In this document: positions 9,169 through 18,463 of the stretch, one piece after another
Position numbering within the stretch: the stretch's first letter is position 1
Layout: every line of letters starts with the position of its first letter
Assembly: GCA_964591085.1 (NCBI GenBank)
Contig: CAZPXH010000006.1
Span: 105,177-169,176, forward strand
Origin: an uncultured Spirochaetaceae bacterium
Lineage (GTDB): Bacteria; Spirochaetota; Spirochaetia; DSM-27196; CAZPXH01
Direction: 5' to 3'
DNA: 64,000 nt
Notes under the pieces: generated by a model
The model's database searches: none
Seen by the model: only the letters and a program-made list of their open reading frames with translations
What the model was told of the DNA's origin: nothing
Position numbers and translations under genes: made by a program

Positions 9169-9990
9169 ATGGAAGCCGTGTCAAGAACAGTTGTAGCCGG
9201 CATAGATGCTGCGCCCGGCTATTGGGCGGTCTGCATCCTCCGGGGTAGTGGCGACGGTGACGGTTGGTTCCTCCCGGACTCCGGGGAGCTCCACGCGGCC
9301 CCAAGCATCCGGGAGGCGGCAACTCGGTGCCGCGATGCTGGCGCGCGGCGCGTGCTGATTGATATGCCAATCGGTCTTCCGGACGCAGGGTCCAGGGTGG
9401 CCGACCAGCAGGCACGGGCGGCACTCGGTCCACGGCGGAGCTCGGTGTTTCCCACGCCCCCCCGGAGCACGCTGGGTGCCAGCAACTACGCGGAGGCCCG
9501 CGAGCTCAGCAGAGCAAGCACCGGCAAGGCGATCAGTGTGCAGGCCTGGAACCTGATCCCTCGCATCCGGGAGGTGGACGAGTTCCTGCAGGATCCGGAC
9601 TCCAGCGCCCTCCGCCCGGAAGAGGCGCATCCGGAGCTGGGGTTTGCCGCACTTGCGGGCCACCAGGTGGTTGCGGGATCAGCGCTTGCAGCGGCCGTAA
9701 GCGTAGAGCCCGGGGATTCCGGGCTGGCACTTCGTCCGCTAAGAGCTGCCAAGCAGCGGCAACAAGGACTGGTGGCGCGGGCAACACTTCTGCCGGAGAC
9801 CGTGCTCCGCTTCCTTCTCAATTCACCGGAGTCTGAAGTGCTGCCACTTCCGGACCGGATGGATGCTGCGGTGCTTGCAATTGTGGCCGGTTGTGTCGGG
9901 AATGCCTTTGGTGATCCGGCGGCGCGGGACAGCAAAGGGCTCCCAATGCTGATCCGCTACGCGCTTCCGGTGACGCCTCAGTCTACGTGA
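9169..9990 (+). CDS. DUF429-family protein
   Basis: Pattern VAGIDAAPGYWAVCIL ... LIDMPIGLP is typical of DUF429 (predicted RNase-H-like fold). Start at the internal ATG 9169. Divergent to the acyltransferase. Confidence 0.5.
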   Translation: MEAVSRTVVAGIDAAPGYWAVCILRGSGDGDGWFLPDSGELHAAPSIREAATRCRDAGARRVLIDMPIGLPDAGSRVADQQARAALGPRRSSVFPTPPRSTLGASNYAEARELSRASTGKAISVQAWNLIPRIREVDEFLQDPDSSALRPEEAHPELGFAALAGHQVVAGSALAAAVSVEPGDSGLALRPLRAAKQRQQGLVARATLLPETVLRFLLNSPESEVLPLPDRMDAAVLAIVAGCVGNAFGDPAARDSKGLPMLIRYALPVTPQST

Positions 9991-10343
9991 TGCCGGGATT
10001 CCCCGATCTGCGCTCCCCAGAGTGCGGCGGCGTACGCAACCACTGATGCAATGATGAGTCCGATTACTCCCTGGCGGCCAGCGTCCAGGAAGGCTCCACC
10101 GATGGTGGCCACCAACGCTGCCACCGCCGGCTCACGGATGGTGATACCGGGGCTGATTGCGCCGGTCACCAGTCCCCCGATGAAGTAGGCCAGGGGCCGG
10201 AGTATCAGGTAGAGGATCCAACCGATGCCGAAGGTGAGAAACCCGCCAATGCCGATCACCACGCTCAGGCCCGCCTGCACAACGGCAAACACCAAAAGGC
10301 TCGCCAGGAGCCAACCGAACCGGAATGCTGCCTGTTCTGACAT
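9978..10343 (-). CDS. Small integral membrane protein, 121 aa, 3-4 TM helices
   Basis: Continuous hydrophobic, Gly-rich helices. No recognisable motif. Confidence 0.4.
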   Translation of the reverse strand: MSEQAAFRFGWLLASLLVFAVVQAGLSVVIGIGGFLTFGIGWILYLILRPLAYFIGGLVTGAISPGITIREPAVAALVATIGGAFLDAGRQGVIGLIIASVVAYAAALWGAQIGESRHHVD

Positions 10344-10401
10344 CTTGTCCTCCTGATTCAGAAGCTACCACCAGCAGGCAAAGAAGACAGCCCTCGCGGT
10401 C

Positions 10402-10776
10402 TCAAACGGATACGAATTCCGATACAAGGTCCAACAGCTCAGGGATTGCAACAGGCTTGCTGATTACGCGGTTCATGCCCGCTCGGAGAAAGTCCCGGTG
10501 CTCTTCCGGGAAGGCCATTGCCGTGACGCCAATCACCGGTAGTTCGCGGGTACCGCTACTGCCGTCTCTCAGGACACGGACCAGCTCGTCCCCGGAGATA
10601 CCGGGTAGGCCCACATCAAGCAGCACAACTGCAGGCAATCCTTCGGGAATCGAATCCAGGAAGTGTTCTCCGGACTCAAAGGCGCGCACGGCATAGCCTG
10701 CCCGTTCCAGGTGGCGGGTGAGCATGAAGCGACTGGTCGGATCGTCTTCAACCAGTGCGATCGGAACAGCAGCCAT
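10402..10776 (-). CDS. Stand-alone response-regulator receiver domain (CheY-like)
   Basis: The pattern VEDD ... LLDVGLPGISG ... SKP contains the acidic pocket, the phospho-accepting Asp and the conserved Lys of REC domains. There is no output domain. Confidence 0.7.
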   Translation of the reverse strand: MAAVPIALVEDDPTSRFMLTRHLERAGYAVRAFESGEHFLDSIPEGLPAVVLLDVGLPGISGDELVRVLRDGSSGTRELPVIGVTAMAFPEEHRDFLRAGMNRVISKPVAIPELLDLVSEFVSV

Positions 10777-10845
10777 GATGCCATCGTGCACAGAAATCCA
10801 GCCCGCGACAAGATTTTTGACCCCGGCTTGGACGGAACTGCGCCT

Positions 10846-11487
10846 CTAGGGACCCTCGGAGTCCGCCTGCTGCGGGGGTGACTGACGCAGGACGCGGAAC
10901 CCCACCACAAAGCGGATGAGCGCGCCGAGGAGAACAAGGCCCGCCATTGCGGCAAGGAGGGTGTTCAGCCAGCGGGGAAACACCAGCATCAGCCCGAACA
11001 GCAGGATGGTCTCCGTTCCTTCAATCAGGCCCCTCGGCATTACCAGGCTGGTAGGAGCGGCCCCGGCCATCTGCCGCTTCTCAAGCAGCGCGGACAGATA
11101 CATCCAGGTGACACCATTGAGGTAGAAGGCAGCGAAGAGCAGCGAAAGCAAAAACCAGGATCGTGCGCCGATACCGTAGTTGGCTGTCAGAGACAAGGGA
11201 ATGAGAACGTAGACAAGGAAATCCAGGACAATGTCCAGATAACCACCGGCGTCACTCTGCTGCCCGGTCTCCCGGGCAACAAGCCCGTCCAGTCCATCCA
11301 GAACCCGGTTCAGTGCAAACAGGAGAACGGCAGCAAGCTGCCACCGCAAAAACAGCGCCGCCGCCGCGGCTATTCCGCTGGCGGCGGCGAGAAGAGTGAT
11401 CGCTGTCGGCGACATGAAGCGTCCAAGCAGCCGAGCGGCCGGCCGGAGCACCGCATCTTTCAGTTGCCGAAGCGGTCCATCAAGCAC
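10846..11487 (-). CDS. CDP-alcohol phosphatidyltransferase family protein
   Basis: Canonical motif DG-x2-AR-x8-G-x3-D-x3-D (DGLVARETGQQSDAGGYLDIVLD) and polytopic hydrophobicity, 213 aa. Confidence 0.7.
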   Translation of the reverse strand: MLDGPLRQLKDAVLRPAARLLGRFMSPTAITLLAAASGIAAAAALFLRWQLAAVLLFALNRVLDGLDGLVARETGQQSDAGGYLDIVLDFLVYVLIPLSLTANYGIGARSWFLLSLLFAAFYLNGVTWMYLSALLEKRQMAGAAPTSLVMPRGLIEGTETILLFGLMLVFPRWLNTLLAAMAGLVLLGALIRFVVGFRVLRQSPPQQADSEGP

Positions 11488-11493
11488 GCGTCG

Positions 11494-12492
11494 TCAAACG
11501 CCCAGGACTGCCTTGGCTTCCCGGATCATCTGGTTGGTGTAGCCCCACTCGTTGTCATACCAGGCAAAGACCTTCACCAGGTCACCGTCCACCACCTGCG
11601 TGAGCGTCAGGTCAACAATGCTGGCATGGCTGTCACCGATGATATCGGAGCTGACGATCTCCTCGGTGTTTGCGGCAAGGACTTCCTTCAGCTCCGGCTT
11701 GGCGGCCTCTTCCTGGAAGATCTTGTTGATCTCCTCCACGCTGGTGGGCCGCTCGGTCACAAAGGTGATGTCCGACAGGCTTCCAACCGGCGTGGGGACT
11801 CGAACCGCTGTGCCGTCAAACTTACCGGAAAACTGCGGCAGCACCTTGGTGGTAGCGATCGCGGCTCCGGTGCTGGAAGGCACCATGTTCTGAGCCGCTG
11901 CGCGGCCGGAGCGCTCCTTCTTGGAGGGACCGTCCACGAGTGTCTGGGATGCGGTGTAGGCGTGGATAGTGGTGAGAACGGCCTTCTTGATGCCAATCCT
12001 CCGACCCATGATCTCCACAACCGGGGTAATGCTGTTAGTGGTGCAGCTTGCGCAGCTGAAGATGTTCTTAACCTCTGCGTCCGGATGGGCTACCCCGTGA
12101 ACAACGGTGGCAAGCTCCGGGCTCTTGGTCGGCGCAGAAATGATCACCTGCTTTGCGCCGGCATCAATGTGTGCCTTTGCCTTAGCCATCTCAGTGAACA
12201 GTCCGGTGCTCTCGATAACCAGATCAATTTCGTGCTTGCCCCAGGGAAGCTGTGCGGGATCTCGCTCCGCGAAGACCTCAATCTCGTGGCCGTCAACAAC
12301 AAGCTTGTTGTCCCTCGCTTCCACCGTGCGGTGGTAACGTCCGTAGACGGTATCGAACTTCAGCAGGTAGGCAAGGTTCTTTGCCGGAAGCAGATCGTTT
12401 ACCGCGACGAGGTCGAGCCCGTCGGTATCCATGATGACCTTGAACGCTGCGCGTCCAATTCGGCCGAGGCCGTTGATTGCAATGCGGGCCAT
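11494..12492 (-). CDS. gap: Type I glyceraldehyde-3-phosphate dehydrogenase
   Basis: INGLGRIGR NAD-binding motif and the SCTTN catalytic Cys motif. Full-length, 332 aa. Confidence 0.95.
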   Translation of the reverse strand: MARIAINGLGRIGRAAFKVIMDTDGLDLVAVNDLLPAKNLAYLLKFDTVYGRYHRTVEARDNKLVVDGHEIEVFAERDPAQLPWGKHEIDLVIESTGLFTEMAKAKAHIDAGAKQVIISAPTKSPELATVVHGVAHPDAEVKNIFSCASCTTNSITPVVEIMGRRIGIKKAVLTTIHAYTASQTLVDGPSKKERSGRAAAQNMVPSSTGAAIATTKVLPQFSGKFDGTAVRVPTPVGSLSDITFVTERPTSVEEINKIFQEEAAKPELKEVLAANTEEIVSSDIIGDSHASIVDLTLTQVVDGDLVKVFAWYDNEWGYTNQMIREAKAVLGV

Positions 12493-12545
12493 AGGTAACC
12501 CCCTTTCAGGTTTGTCCCATATGATTCCAAGTATGGGCCGATTTG

Positions 12546-15254
12546 TTAAGTGCGCGCCACTCCACTGCGGAGCACGGCATCCTTGCCGTTGAGGAGCTCC
12601 AGGAACTCGTCTTCCGTGAGCGGCTGGGACAACAGAAAGCCCTGCAGCCGATCAGCTCCAAGGCTCACGATGGCGTTGAGCTGGTCTTCGGTTTCCACAC
12701 CCTCCGCCACCACTTCCTGACCCAGCCCTCGCATTATGTCCATCATTCCGCGGACAATGGAAAGGCTGCGGTCATCCTTGCCGAGCCCGGATATGAAGCT
12801 CCGGTCAATCTTCACGATGTCAACGTCCAGATCCTTCAGGTAAGAGAGAGAGGAAAAGCCCGTCCCGAAGTCGTCCAACGCAATCTTGCAGCCCAGCTTG
12901 CGGAGGCGCTTCATGGTGGTACTTACCAGTGCGCCGGTCTCCAGAAAGAGTCCCTCGGTCACCTCAATGGTGAGCTGCTCCAGGGGTATGTCTCTCACGC
13001 GCGCAGACTCCACCAGCTCATCAACAAACTCGGGCGCAAGGAACTGGCGTGCGCTAACGTTGATGGCTACCGGGATTGAGACTCCCGCGTCACGCATCCG
13101 CCGCATTGCGGCAAAGGTCTGGTGAATCACCCATCGGCCAAGCGGAACAATGAGCCGGGAACTCTCGGCAACGGGAATAAACTGCCCGGGCCAGTAGTGT
13201 GGCTCATGGTTTGGAGGCCAGCGGAGCAGGACCTCGGCGGATACCGGGTTCCGGTCCCGGTCAAACACCGGTTGGAAGCGGAGCTCAAAGCTGCCAGCCT
13301 CCAACTCTTCCCGGATCTCGTTGATCAACGCAATACGATCCCTCGCCTGAGAGGTAAGCTCATCGGAGAAAAAGACAAAGGCATTGCGCTCTTCCTTGGC
13401 GAGGTACATGGCACTGTCCGCCTGCTCCACCAGCGCGCGCGTATCCTTGATCTCGCCAGTAACCATGGTGATACCCACAGATGCTCCGAGGCGGACGCGG
13501 TTGTCATTGATGTCAAAGGGCAGAGAGACCGTGTGCACGATCTTCTCGGCCACAATCCCGCCATCACCCGGCTCCACCACGTCTTCCAGGATCACGGAGA
13601 ACTCGTCCCCGCCCAGTCGGTAGGCATGATCATTGGACCTCAGGCTTTGCCGGATTCGCAGCGCCACCTCCCGTAGCAGATCATCCCCGGTCTCATGGCC
13701 GTAGGTGTCGTTAGCATTCTTGAAGTAGTCCAGATCAATGACCAGGAGTGCGGCGCGGTAGTTTGCCTGCCGAGCGGCGCGGCTGACCACTTCCTCCAGC
13801 CGCAGGAAGAAGGCCTTCCGGTTCTCCAGACCGGTCAGCGAATCGTGATAGGCCAGGTAGGCGAGGCGCTCTTCGGCGGCCTTGCGCTCGGTTACATCAA
13901 GGACCATTGCCTGCAGGGCGGGACGCCGGCGGAAGGTGGTCCGGGAAACATGAACCTCAAACCACCGCAGGCTTTCATCCTTGCGATACACCCGGTAGGC
14001 AAACTGCTCAGGAGTAGGCTGCTGTGACAGCTTGCGGCGGAAGCGGGAACGCACGGTGTCCCTGTCCTTGGGGTGGATCTGGGCGAAGTACTCATCCGGA
14101 TCCATCGCGTAGAGCTCGGTGACGTGGTACCCGGTCATGGCGGCATAGGCGCGATTTGCGTAGGCAACCGCGTCGTCCTGGAGAATGAACAGGCCCTGCA
14201 GGGACTGCTCCACCAGTCGTCTGTATGCCTCCTGCGCCTCCCGCTGCGGCGAGATGTCCTTCAGAACAAAGTCCCATCCCCCGGTCTGACGGTCAGGCTG
14301 GGGAAGGGCGGTGACCACAACGGGAAGGAGGTGCCCGGCGCGGGTTCGGAGGCTGGTGGCAAAGCTGGGAACCACCGCCTGGCGTTCCGCATTCCGGCGC
14401 ATGCGCTCGGGATCCAGGTCCGGAAGCAGCATCTCTACCGGCGATCCGGAAAGGTCAGGCTCGTCGTAGCCGGAGAGTTCCTCCAACCGGCGATTGCACG
14501 CAAAAACCCGGAGGTCGCGATCTATGCGGATCACAGGATCGGCAAGGGCGGTGAACACCCGGCGCGCGGTGTCTTCAGGCCGCTCCAGGAAGAGCCGGAA
14601 CCGGCCCACACCAAAGATGAGGGCCGCAACAAAGATGCCCGCAGGGACAAGCGCTCCCGGCGCGCCGTACAGGAGACCCGGATTTCGCCCAAAGTGCTCT
14701 CCAGCAAGCGCTCCCAGCGCAAGGAGCGGCCCGACCGCGACCACTGCAGACTGGAGCTGCTGCTCCCGCTCTCCGTGACGGACAGGACCAAGGACAAGCA
14801 CCGCCCCGCCGGTAAGGACGTAGCCGGCACTGATGATCAGGCCAAGGACCTGCCCAACGGCGGCAGAACGCACGGAAACGGCAAGCGGAAGGTTTGCCAC
14901 CGCAAGCAGCCGCACCAAAGCGTGCAGTGCAGCCGGAGCGTGGAGGGCGACTAGCTGCCACCGCTCACGTTCTCCCCTGCCCAGGGCCTCATCATGGTAG
15001 GAGAGCATCCATTGCAAGGTTGCCGAGTAGACCAGCGGCAGCGGAATCAGGGGCCAGAGGCTGAGGTCTGGTCTTCCACTGCCGCTGGCCAGGTAGACCT
15101 GGAACTGCACGAAGTAGAAGACAGAGAGCATCACTGTCAGCAGAAACAGACTGCGATTGCTCCGCTTATTCGGTTGATGGGCGAGCACGTACCAGCCGGT
15201 GGACCACACGGCGACCGCCGCCAGGAGTGAAGCTATTGCCGTTGCGCCCAACAT
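12546..15254 (-). CDS. Membrane sensor diguanylate cyclase/phosphodiesterase (7TM-like N-terminus, PAS, GGDEF, EAL)
   Basis: RLGGDEF (GGDEF site), ELRFQPVF with downstream EAL-domain motifs, PAS-like segments, and a hydrophobic N-terminal 200 aa. Confidence 0.85.
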   Translation of the reverse strand: MLGATAIASLLAAVAVWSTGWYVLAHQPNKRSNRSLFLLTVMLSVFYFVQFQVYLASGSGRPDLSLWPLIPLPLVYSATLQWMLSYHDEALGRGERERWQLVALHAPAALHALVRLLAVANLPLAVSVRSAAVGQVLGLIISAGYVLTGGAVLVLGPVRHGEREQQLQSAVVAVGPLLALGALAGEHFGRNPGLLYGAPGALVPAGIFVAALIFGVGRFRLFLERPEDTARRVFTALADPVIRIDRDLRVFACNRRLEELSGYDEPDLSGSPVEMLLPDLDPERMRRNAERQAVVPSFATSLRTRAGHLLPVVVTALPQPDRQTGGWDFVLKDISPQREAQEAYRRLVEQSLQGLFILQDDAVAYANRAYAAMTGYHVTELYAMDPDEYFAQIHPKDRDTVRSRFRRKLSQQPTPEQFAYRVYRKDESLRWFEVHVSRTTFRRRPALQAMVLDVTERKAAEERLAYLAYHDSLTGLENRKAFFLRLEEVVSRAARQANYRAALLVIDLDYFKNANDTYGHETGDDLLREVALRIRQSLRSNDHAYRLGGDEFSVILEDVVEPGDGGIVAEKIVHTVSLPFDINDNRVRLGASVGITMVTGEIKDTRALVEQADSAMYLAKEERNAFVFFSDELTSQARDRIALINEIREELEAGSFELRFQPVFDRDRNPVSAEVLLRWPPNHEPHYWPGQFIPVAESSRLIVPLGRWVIHQTFAAMRRMRDAGVSIPVAINVSARQFLAPEFVDELVESARVRDIPLEQLTIEVTEGLFLETGALVSTTMKRLRKLGCKIALDDFGTGFSSLSYLKDLDVDIVKIDRSFISGLGKDDRSLSIVRGMMDIMRGLGQEVVAEGVETEDQLNAIVSLGADRLQGFLLSQPLTEDEFLELLNGKDAVLRSGVART

Positions 15255-15324
15255 CAGTAAATCCCTGCAATACTACTCTTCATCCGAGATCGGTCCAAGG
15301 CCGTGGTGCTATGATTGGCCGCAA

Positions 15325-16629
15325 ATGAGTCAGACCGGCAATCTGGACCGGAGCCTTGGGCTCCCGGCTGCGGTCCTGCTAGGGCTCGGTTCCATCCTCG
15401 GGACCGGGGTCTACGTGAGCCTCGCGGATGCAAGCCTCCGCGCGGGGACGCTGGTAATGCCCGCCATTGCTGTCGCCGGGCTCCTCGCAATGCTCAATGG
15501 CCTGTCCAGCGCGCAGCTTGCCGCAGCCCATCCGGTCAGCGGGGGCACCTACGAATACGCATATCGTCTGCTTCACCCCATTGCAGGGTTCGCCGCAGGG
15601 TGGTTCTTTCTGGGCGCAAAGAGCGCCTCAGCAGCAACAGCCGCGCTGGGCTTGGCTGCCTACCTGGGCCTCCCGCCAATAACCGCACCGGCACTCACGC
15701 TCGCCGTAACGGCTCTGGTACTCCTGGGCCTCCGCAGATCCGCGATAGTCAACGCGGTCCTGGTTGCACTCTCGCTGGGTGCACTCCTGTTCTTTGTGGC
15801 CATGGCCTTTGGGGTGCTTTCACCCGGTGCCGCAGCGGCCGGAATGATCCCTGATCACGGCAACGGCGCCGCGCCGCTTGCGCCCGGCGGGGTTGCTACC
15901 ATGCTGTCGGCCGCAGCGCTAACCTTTGTGGCGTTCACCGGATACGGAAGGGTGGCCACCCTGGGGGAAGAGGTGCGGCGGCCGGAAAGAACCATTCCTC
16001 GCGCGGTTGTGCTGACCCTGTTCTTGACGCTGGTGATCTACCTTGCAGTTGCCGCGGCTGCACTTCGTCTTGGTGGTGGGTCCGGGCTGGAGCTTGCGCT
16101 GTCCGGGTCGGCATCTCCTCTGGCCAATCTCCTGGTTCAGGCGGGGCGAATGCCCGGCGCAGCGGTACTGCGCGTTGGGGCAGGCCTCGCTCTCCTGGGG
16201 GTGCTGCTCAACCTCGTCCTGGGACTGTCGCGTGTGGTTCTTGCGATGGGGCGCCGGGGTGACCTGCCGGCGGGGCTTGCCAGGCTGGGTAGGGCCGGTG
16301 CTTCTCCTGCCCCGCAGCGCGCCGTGCTCGTGACCGGTTGTGTCATTGCAGCCATTTCGCTGACGGGCGATGTCCGGCTTACCTGGTCGGTGAGCGCGGT
16401 GACCGTGCTTCTGTACTACGGACTTACCAATCTCGCAGCGTTCCGGCTCCCGAATAGCCAGCGCCGTTTTCCCCGGTCTCAGTCCGTGGCGGGCCTTGTC
16501 GGCTGCGTGAGCCTTTCGGTGTTCGTCGCATCCCCATCCATCCTGATTGCTGCGATTTGGCTTCTGGCCGGAATAGGTCTCAGGAGCCTGCTTCGCCTCC
16601 GGGGGACAGGGAGCGCTGGAACTCGCTGA
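15325..16629 (+). CDS. APC-family amino acid/polyamine permease
   Basis: 12-TM hydrophobic profile with the N-terminal GSILGTGVYV consensus of APC transporters. Start at the internal ATG 15325. Confidence 0.75.
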   Translation: MSQTGNLDRSLGLPAAVLLGLGSILGTGVYVSLADASLRAGTLVMPAIAVAGLLAMLNGLSSAQLAAAHPVSGGTYEYAYRLLHPIAGFAAGWFFLGAKSASAATAALGLAAYLGLPPITAPALTLAVTALVLLGLRRSAIVNAVLVALSLGALLFFVAMAFGVLSPGAAAAGMIPDHGNGAAPLAPGGVATMLSAAALTFVAFTGYGRVATLGEEVRRPERTIPRAVVLTLFLTLVIYLAVAAAALRLGGGSGLELALSGSASPLANLLVQAGRMPGAAVLRVGAGLALLGVLLNLVLGLSRVVLAMGRRGDLPAGLARLGRAGASPAPQRAVLVTGCVIAAISLTGDVRLTWSVSAVTVLLYYGLTNLAAFRLPNSQRRFPRSQSVAGLVGCVSLSVFVASPSILIAAIWLLAGIGLRSLLRLRGTGSAGTR

Positions 16630-18463
16630 CGGTAACGGTTTCCGCCTTGCCCTGCTGCATTCGGTAGAGTCGTGCGTACACACCGTCCTGCTCGAGCAGG
16701 AAATCGTGTGTCCCCTCTTCCACAATCCGGTGATCGTTGATGACCACCACGCGATTCGCAGTCCTCACCGTGGACAGGCGATGGGCGATGACAAAGCTCG
16801 TCCTTCCGGACAGCAGGGTGTGGAGCCCGCGCTGTATGCGAGCCTCGGTCAGGCTGTCCACGCCGGAGGTGGCCTCATCCAGAATGAGAATGCGGGGATC
16901 GGCCAGGACCGCACGGCCAATGGCAAGGAGCTGCCGCTCGCCCTGTGCGAGGTTTGCGCCGCGCTCGGTAAGCTCGGTGTCGTATCCAGCGGGGAGGGCG
17001 CGAATCACTGCATCTGCGTGAGCGGCGCGCGCTGCGGCCTCCACCTCCGCGTCGCTGGCATCCAGACGCCCGTAGCGCAGGTTCTCCCGCACGCTGCCGC
17101 TGAAGAAGAAGGGCTCCTGCAGCACCACACCCAGCTGCTGCCGGTAGCTCCGCAGATCCAGGCGCCGAATATCCCGACCATCAACCAGAATGCTTCCGCG
17201 GTTGGGATCGTAGAGTCGGTTGAGCAGGGCAACCAGGGTTGTCTTTCCCGCACCGGTCGGCCCGACTACCGCAATCATCTCCCCTGCGGATACCTGCAAG
17301 CTCACGCCGTCCAGCACGGCCTGCCCGTCCTCATAACCAAAGCGAAGGTCCCGGAACTCCACGTCCCCGCGGAGCTCACCGGGATCCTCTCCGGCTTCTG
17401 CTTCCATACCAGGCTGGACGGACAACACGTCTGCAAGCCGCTCCGCGCCAGCAAGGGCAGACTGAATGAGGTTGTAGACATTGGCAGTCTGGCGCAGCGG
17501 CTCAAAGAAGCGCCGGGTGTACAGCATGAATGCGCTGACCACCCCAACGGTGACACCGCCGATCCCGGCGCGGATCAGCAGGCCGCCAACCAGGATCACT
17601 GCTGCAAGCGTCAGGCCGTTGATGGCCCGCATCACCGGATTGAGCGCAAAGCCCCGGATGTCTGCCGTATCGCTCGCGCGCCGGACCTCTTGCGCGAGGT
17701 CGGCGAACTCGGATACTCGCGACTCAACCTGGTTCAGGGCAACCAGGGTCCGAGCCGCGCTGACGCTCTCCTCCAGGTGCGCGGTGAAGCGGCCGGTTGC
17801 TCGCTGCCGGTCCCGGAATGAACTGCGGATGCTCCTTCCGATCAGGCGGGTGACGATGATTACCGGAGGGATCACCGCAAAGGTGGCAAGCGCAAGAGGA
17901 GGACTCGTGACAAGCATTGCCGCGCCAATCGCTACCAGGTTGATCAGCCCCCCGAGAATCTGCGTGGCACCACCGGTGAGCGCGTTGTAGACCACGTCGA
18001 TGTCGTTGGTGAGCCGGGAAATGGTCTCACCGGCGCGGTCACGGCCAAACCAGGCGGTGTCCAGCTGCTGCAGGTGAGAGAACACCCGGGACCGCATGCT
18101 GAAGACAATGCGGTTGCCGGCAAGTACCCCCAGTGCCCCGGACCCGGCGTCTGCAATCCAGCCCGCCACATAGACCAGGAGCACAGTGACCATTGCGGTC
18201 ACGTAACCGTCTGCATCAAGTCCCCGGGATACAAAAGTGTCTATGGCGGACCCGATCATGCCCGGCGCCACGGCACGTGCGGCCGAGCTCCCAACGATTC
18301 CCAGACCCACCAGGATCAGGAGAGGCCACTCCCGCACTACAAAATGGGACAGGCTCCGCAGAGCGCGGCGCGCATCCCGCGGCTTCTCTATGGTGGTAGG
18401 ACCCCGCATTCCGGGACCGCGTGGGCTTCCCTTGGGCGGTGCTGACTGAGCCTGCCTGCTCAT
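16580..18463 (-). CDS. ABC exporter, fused permease/ATPase (MsbA-like), heterodimer partner 1
   Basis: 6-TM N-terminal domain, then Walker A (GPTGAGKTT), ABC signature (LAQGERQ; LSGGQ-type with Ala at position 2) and Walker B (ILILDEATS). ATGA overlap with the upstream paralog. Confidence 0.85.
   Translation of the reverse strand: MSRQAQSAPPKGSPRGPGMRGPTTIEKPRDARRALRSLSHFVVREWPLLILVGLGIVGSSAARAVAPGMIGSAIDTFVSRGLDADGYVTAMVTVLLVYVAGWIADAGSGALGVLAGNRIVFSMRSRVFSHLQQLDTAWFGRDRAGETISRLTNDIDVVYNALTGGATQILGGLINLVAIGAAMLVTSPPLALATFAVIPPVIIVTRLIGRSIRSSFRDRQRATGRFTAHLEESVSAARTLVALNQVESRVSEFADLAQEVRRASDTADIRGFALNPVMRAINGLTLAAVILVGGLLIRAGIGGVTVGVVSAFMLYTRRFFEPLRQTANVYNLIQSALAGAERLADVLSVQPGMEAEAGEDPGELRGDVEFRDLRFGYEDGQAVLDGVSLQVSAGEMIAVVGPTGAGKTTLVALLNRLYDPNRGSILVDGRDIRRLDLRSYRQQLGVVLQEPFFFSGSVRENLRYGRLDASDAEVEAAARAAHADAVIRALPAGYDTELTERGANLAQGERQLLAIGRAVLADPRILILDEATSGVDSLTEARIQRGLHTLLSGRTSFVIAHRLSTVRTANRVVVINDHRIVEEGTHDFLLEQDGVYARLYRMQQGKAETVTVSEFQRSLSPGGEAGS

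Noticed and set aside
14073-14954. 293-aa plus-strand ORF antisense to the GGDEF-EAL gene
   Set aside because: Arg/Gly/His-rich junk composition. The sense strand carries GGDEF and EAL motifs.
16706-17821. 371-aa plus-strand ORF antisense to the ABC exporter
   Set aside because: No motifs and biased Gly/Ala/Arg composition. The sense strand has Walker A, Walker B and signature motifs.
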